The position numbers were made by a program, and so were the translations under genes. A stretch of DNA of 64,000 bases from an uncultured Planctomycetaceae bacterium (GTDB lineage Bacteria > Planctomycetota > Planctomycetia > Pirellulales > PALSA-1355), in assembly GCA_963785305.1 (NCBI GenBank), contig CAWAUV010000009.1, positions 224,001 through 288,000 of the forward strand, in the 5' to 3' direction. The notes under the pieces were generated by a model. That model searched no databases. It saw only the letters and a program-made list of their open reading frames with translations, and was not told the DNA's origin. Below are positions 47,187 through 56,312 of this stretch, in pieces (position 1 is the stretch's first letter; the number at the start of each line of letters is the position of its first letter).

Positions 47187-48809
47187 TTGACTCGCGAGCA
47201 GACAGCGTTTTATCTTCGACGACCCGGCGGACAGCGGCTCCGCTGGCGGACGCCAAGCCGTGTTCCAGTTCCAAACCACCGGCGATGGCGCGAGCGCTCC
47301 GCGCCCAGCGCGGCGAATCTCACCGATCGCTATCTCTGGGGACCGGCGGTCGATCAACTTCTGGCCGACGAGCAAGTCACCGACCCGAGCACGCCCGGCA
47401 ATATCTTGTGGACGCTCGACGACGGCCAAAACACGGTGCGCGACACGATCGATTCGAGCGGCGCGATCGAAGACCACATCACCTACAACGCCTTCGGCCA
47501 ACCGCTCAGCCACACCGCGCCGAATCCAGCGGCCGTCGACGCCGTGTTCGGCTACGACGGCCTCTTCACCGACCCCACCACCGGCGACGACTTCGCCGTG
47601 AACCGGGTATACGATCCGTCGAGCGGAACCTGGCTCACGCCGGATCCGGCGCAAGCGGATGTCAACACCTACCGCGCCTTCGGCAACAGCCCGACGAACG
47701 AGGTCGATCCCGAAGGACTCGTGGGCGAGAACAAGCCGGAAGATTCCGCCGCGGAAAACAATTCGCAGCCTTCGCCCGAAGATGTCGCGAATCGGATTTC
47801 CGACGAAGAACTGAATCTTCTCGGGGAGACTCGAGAGTCCGTTCTCCGCGATCTGAATTGGGCCGCGAAGACCAACAATTCGCCCGACGCACAGCGGGTC
47901 GCGCTCACCGGTGGAACCTTGGCCGACCGCGACCCCTTGTTCGGGCCGTTGATGATGGACCTCCAAGGCGCGCAGCTTGTCATCAACACGACGAGCGTGA
48001 TGGTGGGCGCGCAAATCGGGCCGGCGATGGCGCCGGTCCTCGCCACGGGCATTCCGGTCGCGTTCGGCGAGGCCACCATCCTCGCCAATGAAGCCGCGGT
48101 CGCGGCTTATGTCGCGGGCGACACCGCAATCGCGGCCCTTCCGCCGGCCGCGACATCGGTGACGAACTGGGCCGTAGGCGGAGGCGTGGCGACCTATCTG
48201 ATCACCGAAGATGGCGAATCCGCGATCATTGTCGCGACCGCGATCATCAGTATGCATCCGGAACAAGCCGCGGCGGAATTGTCGCAAGGGGCCATGAAAG
48301 TCGGCAACACGGCGCAGCGCCTCGTGGCACAATGCCCACGTTTGAACCCGGCGAATTACAGCCCGCCCCAAGGCGCCTTCATGGGCACGCCGCTGTTTAG
48401 GTATAATGCGCCAAGTAATGTGCCGCCAGCTACAGGGCCGGTGAATACGCCGCTGTTGCAGCGATACTTGAACGAAAGTGGCGGGCGATGGGGAGGCACT
48501 GCCACTCGACAGCTCAACCATGCAGAAGCGACCGCGCTCGAACGCCAGGGCTTCAGAGTAACGAACGGTGCTGGCCGAGGGCCGGAGGAATGGTTTGCAG
48601 GACCGGGAGGTGGTACAACGGGCGGAACTTTCGTCGATATAACTGCAACCAGGGGTGGCCAAACCGTTCGCGTTCAAACCGTCACTACGCTTGCCGATGG
48701 AGTGACCCTTACTCCAAGCGAGGCAGCGGCCGCCGCAAGAATTCGAGCTAGATTCCCTGGCGACCAGCTAATCATCGTTTCTAAGCAGACTGGACAAGTG
48801 ATCCCATGA
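47187..48809 (+). CDS. Orphan (5'-truncated) Rhs core with C-terminal putative restriction-endonuclease-fold toxin
   Basis: RYLWGPAVDQLLADE, ITYNAFG, NRVYDPSSGTWLTPDP, NSPTNEVDPEGL (DPxGL cleavage motif); tip motif EEW...TFVDITA...VRVQTV. Confidence 0.85.
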   Translation: MTREQTAFYLRRPGGQRLRWRTPSRVPVPNHRRWRERSAPSAANLTDRYLWGPAVDQLLADEQVTDPSTPGNILWTLDDGQNTVRDTIDSSGAIEDHITYNAFGQPLSHTAPNPAAVDAVFGYDGLFTDPTTGDDFAVNRVYDPSSGTWLTPDPAQADVNTYRAFGNSPTNEVDPEGLVGENKPEDSAAENNSQPSPEDVANRISDEELNLLGETRESVLRDLNWAAKTNNSPDAQRVALTGGTLADRDPLFGPLMMDLQGAQLVINTTSVMVGAQIGPAMAPVLATGIPVAFGEATILANEAAVAAYVAGDTAIAALPPAATSVTNWAVGGGVATYLITEDGESAIIVATAIISMHPEQAAAELSQGAMKVGNTAQRLVAQCPRLNPANYSPPQGAFMGTPLFRYNAPSNVPPATGPVNTPLLQRYLNESGGRWGGTATRQLNHAEATALERQGFRVTNGAGRGPEEWFAGPGGGTTGGTFVDITATRGGQTVRVQTVTTLADGVTLTPSEAAAAARIRARFPGDQLIIVSKQTGQVIP

Positions 48810-49354
48810 AGACCATCCACTTTTTTGCCCTTCGGGAAGACCTACTCGCCTTGCTTGAGTTGGTAGAAAGCAAGGGGCCGCTCAAGTACGCCCTCACGGG
48901 AAACTTTGCGAAAGATGAACTCAAGGCCGGTGTAAGTGTGTTCGACGCCGGCGCGAAGATTCCGAATCTCGGCAAGGCTGCTGGTGATTCGTCTACGATT
49001 TGCGACGCTTACCTGGTTTGTGATGGAGAAACGCCAATCAATCTGCGTCACTTGGATGCGGTCGATGACAGTGGGCGTGTCTGCCTGGATCAATTGGCGA
49101 TCACCGACTCAGTAGTGTTCCTGCCAGGTGGTGCGTGGGATGGCAGCGTTGTTATTCAAGGGCATGTCGGAACAGCCTCAGATTCGCAACTATCCCAAGC
49201 GCTCATGAAGCGATTCCAAGCCGCGATAAAGAAATCGTTCACCAAGGTTAAGGCCTTCTATGTCGGGCCAAATGCAATGACGCGATTGGAAAAGGGAGAA
49301 CGCTTGACAAATTCTGCGCGTTCCCCGCGCGAATACGACTTGGCGTTAACGTAG
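48806..49354 (+). CDS. Putative cognate immunity protein
   Basis: 182 aa, ATGA overlap with the toxin stop codon, same lower GC as the toxin tip. Confidence 0.72.
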   Translation: MKTIHFFALREDLLALLELVESKGPLKYALTGNFAKDELKAGVSVFDAGAKIPNLGKAAGDSSTICDAYLVCDGETPINLRHLDAVDDSGRVCLDQLAITDSVVFLPGGAWDGSVVIQGHVGTASDSQLSQALMKRFQAAIKKSFTKVKAFYVGPNAMTRLEKGERLTNSARSPREYDLALT

Positions 49355-49545
49355 CAATAAGCCTGCGGCTGTGTCGTCACTGCCACGTTCCGCTTCTCTT
49401 TGGCCTGTTTCTATGCGATTAGGGGCTATGTCGGCTCGGTAGGTCTGGTCACTTCTTCCTGAATGCCCCTTCCCGGCCGTGCCTCAAGCCCTGACGGTTC
49501 GGCTGGCGTGGTTCCTGCTTGCCGGAACAATCCAAAGGGGTCAGG

Positions 49546-51465
49546 GTGCGCCGGCGCGAAGCCGGAGGAGAGTCGCGAATGAAAGAGTCGCACGAGGCAA
49601 GGCCTAGCCAGCCACCTCGGCCTCGAGTGATGCGTCGTGTCGGGCAACTGGCAGGGCGAAGCGTTCACAGAGGCACGGCCGGGCGGTGTATCGAGCTCCG
49701 AAAACATTCTTTTGTGGCGGCCGACCTTGTCCTGACAAAGGGAAGGCAACAGTGATGTCGAACGATCATGGCGAGTCCGACGTCTCCCCCACGGAGTCTG
49801 AGACCACCCGCACGGCCGGAAACTTTTCTCGCGGAAGCCGGGAGATCCCGGGAACATCCGCTTCACCGGAAGCGGATCGGTCGGAGAAGGCGCGAGGCCA
49901 CAAGTCCGACATGCACGTTCCCGGGGAGTCAGACAGTTCCATAGTACCAAAGAAGCAGGCGAACAACGACAGCGTGCCGCTGTCGGCGGAGCCCGTGGAG
50001 GGAAGGGAGCTGACCGAGGAGAACGCCGAGCAGTCGCTACTGGACCGGACACACGCCGGGCTCCCAGGTCGCGCGGACTGCTGGGCGTGCGAGAAGCGGC
50101 ACAACGCGACAAGAAGATGCGGTTCAACAATCTGCTGAACCATGTCACGCCCGAACTGCTGGTGGCGAGTTTCTTCGACCTGAAGAAGCAAGCCGCGCCC
50201 GGCGTCGATGGCCTGACATGGGCTCAATACGCCACCGATTTCGAAACGCGGATCGACGATCCGCACAGTCGAATCCATCGGGGAGCTTATCGAGCCAGGC
50301 CGTCCAAGCGAACTTGGATTCCCAAGCTCGACGGCAAGCCGCGGCCCCTCGGGATCGCGGCGCTGGAGGACAAGATCGTCCAGCAAGCCGTACGGACGAT
50401 CCTGGAGTGCATCTACGAAGAGGACTTTCTGGGTTTCAGTTACGGCTTTCGTCCTGGACGAAGCTGTCACCGAGCCTTGGACGCGCTCTACGTGGGCATC
50501 AAGAAGCGGAAGGTGAACTGGATTTTGGATGCGGACATCCGCGGCTTCTTCGACAACATCGACCACGCATGGTTGATGAAGTTCCTGGAGCATCGGATCG
50601 CCGACCGACGACTGCTTCGGCTGCTGAAGAAATGGCTTCGAGCCGGAGTGTCGGAAGATGGCGAATGGTCCCCGAGCACCGTGGGAACACCTCAAGGAGC
50701 GGTGATTTCGCCGCTCTATTCGAACGTGTTCTTGCACTATGTTCTGGACCTGTGGCTGGTGGCGTGGCGGAAACGCCATGCCGTGGGCGAGGTCATCATC
50801 GTGCGCTATGCGGACGATTTCGTAGTCGGATTCCGCGAGGAGTCCGACGCGCGACGCTGCCTGGCGGCGCTCCGGGAACGCTTCACCAAATTCGGTTTGG
50901 AACCGCACCCGGAGAAGACGCGGCTGATCGAGTTCGGACGCTATGCGGCCGAACGACGATCGAAGCGTGGCGATGGCCCACCGGAGAACATTCGACTTCC
51001 TGGGCTTCACCCACATCAGTGGCGTGACCCGGAAGGGCGAATTCACCATTCGCCGCATCTCATCGGCCAAGAAGTTTCGTGGCAAACTGCGCGAACTGAA
51101 AGAAGCGCTGCGCGGGAAAATGCACATGGACTTGCGCAAGTCGGGCCATGGCTATCGAGCGTTTACCGGGGATGGCTCAATTACCATGCGATTCCCGGCA
51201 ACTCGGTGCGATTGCAACAATTCCGCACGGCGCTTCCAGAAACTCTGGCTCCGCATGCTGCGGCGACGCAGCCAACGCGGACGCCGGATGACCTGGCGGA
51301 AGTTCTCGCAGCTTTGCAAACGATGGCTTCCCACCCCGAAAATCCTGCATCCTTATCCCGAAGTGCGGTTTGATCGTTTGTATCCAAGGTAGGAGCCGTA
51401 TGCGGTAGTTCCGCACGTACGGATCTGTGCGGGGGGTGGCCCGAAAGGGCCATCCCTACCGCGAT
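49546..51465 (+). mobile_element. Group II intron copy 2
   Basis: Near-identical to 42664-44598; GTGCG...ccctaccgcgAT; same flanks caaaggggtcagg|actcattg. Confidence 0.93.
50087..51392 (+). CDS. ltrA: Group II intron RT/maturase copy 2, with single-base indels in the 3' third
   Basis: Same RT motifs as copy 1; indels near 50988, 51135 and 51235. Confidence 0.88.
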
Positions 51466-51640
51466 ACTCATTGTTTGGCGTGGGGGTCGGGCGCCGTATC
51501 GGAAAAATGCGATTGCGTGCGGCCACGAGGTCGCGGGGGCGAGGTTAGACGCGGGCGCTTTGCCATCGCTTCGGTCCAAGTCGGCTCGCCGAACGGACGC
51601 CCGCGCCGCGGCGAGCGCCTCGTTCCGCCAGCGGCGCCAG
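51466..51640 (-). mobile_element. Partial inverted RAYT-MITE copy B (right half); its terminal repeat holds intron 2
   Basis: Reverse complement aligns with 51993-52178 (ctggcgccgctggcgg...gccgacttggaccgaagcga...ccaaacaatgagt). Confidence 0.8.
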
Positions 51641-51720
51641 AGGCTATTCAACAGGCCGCGCCGCCGCGGGGATGCCGTGTCATTATAACGACCTTTCAGC
51701 TAACCGAGTACTTCGGCGAG

Positions 51721-51754
51721 CCCTCACCCTACCCTCTCCCAAAGGGAGAGGGGG
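51721..51754. repeat. REP-like palindrome, copy 3
   Basis: ccctcaccctaccctctcccaaagggagaggggg, 7 bp before MITE copy C. Confidence 0.65.
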
Positions 51755-51761
51755 AGAAAAG

Positions 51762-52199
51762 CAAAGGGTTCAGGCCTCATTGATTTTGCTGGCGGTTGTT
51801 GGTAGGCTTGCGGCCATGCTACGACCACCACGAGCCGGCGAAGCCGGCGGCGTCTACGATGCCCTGAATCGAGCGAGTGCCCAGGCCAAGATATTCCGCA
51901 ACGACGCGGATTACGAAGCCTTCGAGCGCATGCTCGGTGAAGGGCTCGCGGGCATGCCGTCGAGTTGTTCGCTTGCCAGTTGATGCCCAGCCACTGGCGC
52001 CGCTGGCGGCACGAGATCTCGCCGCGGTGCGCGGCGCGGCGAGGGTCTCCCTTCGGCGAGCCGACTTGGACCGAAGCGACGGCAAGGCGCCCGCGTCTAA
52101 CCTCGCCCCCGCGACCTCGTGGCCGTCCGCAAGTCCATTTTTCGGATACGGATCTCGGCCATACGCCAAACAATGAGTCCTGACCCGTTAGAATTCTCT
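51762..52199 (+). mobile_element. RAYT/Y1-HUH transposase-derived MITE copy C (~440 bp, uninterrupted)
   Basis: caaagggttcaggcctcattg ... caatgagtcctgacccgttagaattctct; MLRPPRAGEAGGVYDALNRASAQAKIFRNDADYEAFERML, QLMPSHW, RGSPFGEPTW. Confidence 0.82.
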
Positions 52200-52443
52200 T
52201 GCCGCGGGGCCGCCGCGCCGTGTTCCGGGTGCGGCGAAATCGTGTGCGAGATCGATTCTCGCATCGCGCCCCTTTCTTCGAGCACGGCCGGGCGGTATCG
52301 TAGGAGCTTCGTTTTTTCCAAAGAATTTCGAGAAGGGCCGCCGTGCTTTGCCCTAGCGTGCATTGTTTCGTGCCGACGCGCCGGGTTTCGTGTCCCACGC
52401 TAGGCGAGCGGCTGCTCTGTTTTCATTTCTGGAGCGCTCTCTG

Positions 52444-53835
52444 ATGAATCGATGTCCTTGGCGATCGCCCTGCTTGGCGATGGGGCTCAATGGTAGCTTG
52501 GCGATCGGCTTTCTCGCGTTGCTCGCCGGCTGCACTTCCAGTGACAAGCCAGCCGCGCCGGCTGGCGGCCAAGCGACCGCTTCCTCGAACGAGTCTGCCT
52601 CCAGCGAGTCCGGCGCGCCCGTCGAGGAAACCGCCGCCAGCGAGCCGCCGAGCAAGCCCGATGATCCGGCCGCCGTGACCGCCTTCAAAAAGCTCGAAGC
52701 CAAGTTCGAATACGACGACGAGAAGCACGTCACGGGCCTCGATCTCGATCAGCAATTGGTCGCGGACAAGGACCTCGAACACTTGCGGGGCCTTCCCGCG
52801 CTCACGCATCTCGAGCTCTGGGGCGCCGACATCACGGACCAAGGCGTCGAACTGGTCGCGAAGCTAACCCAGCTCACATCGCTCAAGCTTGAAAACACCT
52901 CGATCACGGATCGGGGCCTCGCCGCGCTGCCGGCCCTCACCAAGCTCAAATCGCTCAATCTGCGCCGCTCGACCAACGCTACCGACGCCGGGCTCGAATC
53001 GATCGGCACGATGCACTCGCTCGAGCAATTGCATTTGCTCTACAACAACTTCTCCGACGTGGGTCTGCCGCATTTGGTGGGCCTCAAGAAACTGCACTTG
53101 CTCGATCTTCGCGGCTGCGCCACCGTGACCGACGCCGGCATGAAATCAGTCAAGGAGCTCACGAATCTCGAACGGCTCAAGCTGCGCAACTCGCCGATCA
53201 CCGACGAGGGGCTCGCCGACATCGCCCAGCTCAAGAAGCTCAAGGGGCTGGGTCTCGAAGACAGCCAAATCACCGACGACGGATTGAAGCTCATTGCCGG
53301 CTTCACGCATCTCGACGAACTGTTTCTGATGCGCACCAATCTGACCGACGCCTGCCTGCCGCATCTGGCCAACATGCACGAAATGAAACGGCTCGAGCTG
53401 CGCGGCGCGGCGATTCAAGGCTCGGGCCTCAAGAATCTCGACGGCATGAAGAAGCTCAAAGTGCTCGATTTGGCGGAAACGAGCGTCGACAACGCCGGAG
53501 TCGAGGCGATTTCCGGTCTCACGACGCTCGAACGGCTCGATCTCTGGCATACCCGGGTGACCGACGCCGGACTCGCGGCGGTCGCCAAGCTCGCGAACCT
53601 CGATTACTTGAACCTCGAGGAAACCGCGATCACCGACGCCGGCCTCGAGCGGCTCGCCGGGCTCAAGCAGCTCACATCGCTGGGACTCAAGGGCGACCCG
53701 ATTACCGACGTGTCGGTTCCCACGATCGAAGGCTTTACGAAACTCAAGACGATCGAGCTCGACTTCACGCAGTTGAGTCCCGACGCGATCGACGCGATTA
53801 AAAAGAAGTTCCCCGCCGCGGCGATCACGCCGTGA
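52444..53835 (+). CDS. Leucine-rich repeat lipoprotein
   Basis: Lipobox LLAGC; many 24-25 aa LxxLxL...ITDxGLxxL repeats. Confidence 0.9.
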   Translation: MNRCPWRSPCLAMGLNGSLAIGFLALLAGCTSSDKPAAPAGGQATASSNESASSESGAPVEETAASEPPSKPDDPAAVTAFKKLEAKFEYDDEKHVTGLDLDQQLVADKDLEHLRGLPALTHLELWGADITDQGVELVAKLTQLTSLKLENTSITDRGLAALPALTKLKSLNLRRSTNATDAGLESIGTMHSLEQLHLLYNNFSDVGLPHLVGLKKLHLLDLRGCATVTDAGMKSVKELTNLERLKLRNSPITDEGLADIAQLKKLKGLGLEDSQITDDGLKLIAGFTHLDELFLMRTNLTDACLPHLANMHEMKRLELRGAAIQGSGLKNLDGMKKLKVLDLAETSVDNAGVEAISGLTTLERLDLWHTRVTDAGLAAVAKLANLDYLNLEETAITDAGLERLAGLKQLTSLGLKGDPITDVSVPTIEGFTKLKTIELDFTQLSPDAIDAIKKKFPAAAITP

Positions 53836-53870
53836 GATAATTTGCTTCGCGGCGAATGCGTTCGGGCGGA

Positions 53871-54879
53871 TTAGAACATCATCCGCCGGCCCTCGGTTTG
53901 GCTGCGGGTGGCCTCGTGGAGAATCGTCATTGCCCAATAGGGGTCTTCGACGCCCCCGTTGTTGCGCAGGAGGCTGGTCACGGCGCGGTGAAATTGCGAA
54001 AGAAGCTGCTCGCCCATCGGACGTTCGTTGTCGAGCGATTCCATGTGCCGGCCCGCCCGGTCGAACCACACCAGCGTGGCCGGCAGGTCGAGATAGGCGA
54101 TGCCGTTTTCGCAGGCCACCTGCAGCGCGGCCGGCGGACGATAGCTCACCGCCTCGGGCCAGGCGGCCGGCATATAGTGGCCCGAGCTGATTTGGGCCGT
54201 GGCGCCGGAGCCGGGACCTTCGGGTCCGGAGAAGTCGAGGCTCATCATCTCGTAGTCGTTTTCCTCGTGATGATGGCAATCGCGATGGGCGATGCCGAGC
54301 ACCGAGGTCGGATCGCGGCCAACGACATAGCGGCACCAGTCGATGAGCTCGACCATTTCGTGTTTTCGCGAATGCGGCGCGCGGTTGACGACGCGTGTCG
54401 ACTCGGAGCGATCGCGCGGGGTGCGCTGGTGGCAAAACAGTAGCCGGGGTGCGCCAAGCGAGTTGCGATCAGTTCTTTCAGCCGAATCGTGGCGGGCGCC
54501 TGACGCCGCGGAAACTCGGCGAGAAAGGCGATGCCGGATTCTTGCACTTGCCGCTGCATGCGGCAGGCGGTTTCCTGGTCGAAATCGAGCGCGGCGGCGC
54601 AGTATACCGCTTTGCCGAAGTGCGCGGCGGCCAGAATCGGCAGCGCCCGTACCACTGGCTCGAGAGCACCAACACGGCGTCGATGTCTTCACGCTCGGCC
54701 AGGGCGCGAAAACCATCGACCGGAGCGGCGCCGAATTCCTGCGCGGCGATGTGCGCCCAATGCGCGACCGGTTCGCAAATGGCTCGCACTTCGAATCGAT
54801 CGCTCAGCGCACGGAGGGCCGGACGATGGCGAACTTCCCAAGCATTGCCCAGGCCCACCAGGCCGACGCGTAACTTCAT
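53871..54879 (-). CDS. Gfo/Idh/MocA family oxidoreductase (two frameshifts)
   Basis: MKLRVGLVGLG, LAEREDIDAV, AAAHFGKAVYC. Confidence 0.8.
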
Positions 54880-55598
54880 GAATGCTTGCTGCTCGAACCG
54901 AGCGTGCAGCCCGTGGGGGTTCCGTGGGCGAACACGGCGTTCGCCAGCGCATGGTGCAAAAACGCCCTCGGAATCGGCGCACCATTGGCGCCGCGAGGGG
55001 GCTTCCGAGTTGTTCGGCGCGCTGCCCGCGGCTGGGAGCGCCATCGCTGGAATTATATCGGACATTTCCCCCTAAACTCAATCGAAATCAGACGTTTGCC
55101 GCTTTGTAACGTCCAAGCCGGCTTCGTGCACCGGTTCGGATTGTGGGGAATCTGCTCGAAGAACGACTTCCGGGCGTCGCGAATTCGTTTGAATCATGGC
55201 TGCGCCCCTGGCCTTGGATCGCGGGATATCGCGAGAAAAACCGCCGCGGCCCGGGCGTCGATCGGGCAGCGGTCGCGGGTTCCGATTCTCGACGGATCCC
55301 CGCCGCCGGGGTGTCTCCATAAAGCTGTCCAGGGGCGTAAATGTCTGGTCGAGAGTGCGGCTATCCACCAAGCTGGCGCCCAATGGTTGTTGCAACATCA
55401 ATACTCGGCATAGTTTGCGCAAATACCCCAATTTGCCCTTGCGGACGAGTCGTGCCCCACTAGACTGACCCTTCCGCGAAGTCAAGCCCTGCCTGCCACC
55501 GAGCATCGCCGGGCAATAAACGTCGCGGTGTCTGGGGGGCGACGACCACGACGAGTGGGCCGCCACGAGAAGTTTTCACTCTTAAAGGAGTTGATCTA

Positions 55599-56003
55599 GT
55601 GAATGCTTTGATGTTGAGCGTGATCATGCAAGCGTCGATGGCCACCGGAGCCACGAACTATGCCGAGGCTTTCAAGCAGGCCGAGCAAACCGGTCGGCCG
55701 TTGGTCGTGTTGGTCGGCGCCGATTGGTGCCCGGGCTGCCGAACCATGAAGCAGGCGGTCGTTCCGCAGCTTGCCCAGCGTGGCGCTCTGTCGAGCGTGG
55801 CCTTTGCCCAAGTGAATACCGGAGAAGAGCCCGCGTTGGCCGGCAAACTGATGCGCGGCAACTCGATTCCGCAGCTCATCGTCTACCGCAAGACCGACAA
55901 AGGTTGGACCCGCTCGCAGCTTACGGGAGTGCAGAGCGTGGGCGACGCCGCGTCGTTCATCCAGCCGTATACGGCGGCGTCGAGCTTGAGCCAAAACCAA
56001 TAA
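55599..56003 (+). CDS. Thioredoxin family protein (exported)
   Basis: GADWCPGC, SIPQL; aaggag RBS upstream. Confidence 0.85.
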   Translation: MNALMLSVIMQASMATGATNYAEAFKQAEQTGRPLVVLVGADWCPGCRTMKQAVVPQLAQRGALSSVAFAQVNTGEEPALAGKLMRGNSIPQLIVYRKTDKGWTRSQLTGVQSVGDAASFIQPYTAASSLSQNQ

Positions 56004-56312
56004 GGCTCGCCGCTATTTGCTCGATATGTTCGCGCGACCGGGTGATCGCGGACATTCGGGCGGCTGACACTCGTTAAAAAAATCCGTTGATTTCGCGTCT
56101 AAAAGCGAGGCGGCGGGCATCGTGCCAGAACCGCTTGGGAACTTGTCCCAAGCGAACGATGCCCGTCGCCTCGCTTTCTTTTTGGGACGGCCGGCCCAAG
56201 CGGATTCCCGCAATCGAACGTTGGGCGCACGCCTGGGAATCGCGCGAGATTCTCGCGAATTGCCGGCTGGAAATCGGGCGAGCTGCGTGCGATTCCGCGA
56301 TTCCCGCGATTC

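Noticed and set aside
43044..51392. Two RTs read as a retron, DGR or defence RT system
   Set aside because: Both lie inside complete group II ribozyme boundaries (GTGCG, domains V and VI) with domain X; no TR/VR pair or msr-msd is visible.
42651..52199. Repeats read as a CRISPR array or integron attC sites
   Set aside because: Spacing is irregular (0.4-2.4 kb), both orientations occur, and there is no cas gene, tyrosine integrase or attC box structure.
52700..53800. Periodic DNA similarity (atcaccgacg...)
   Set aside because: Fully explained by the leucine-rich repeats of the encoded protein.
55461..55476. gactgacccttc as a seventh terminal-repeat copy
   Set aside because: Only about 7-8 bp match and the AATGAGT arm is missing; compatible with chance.
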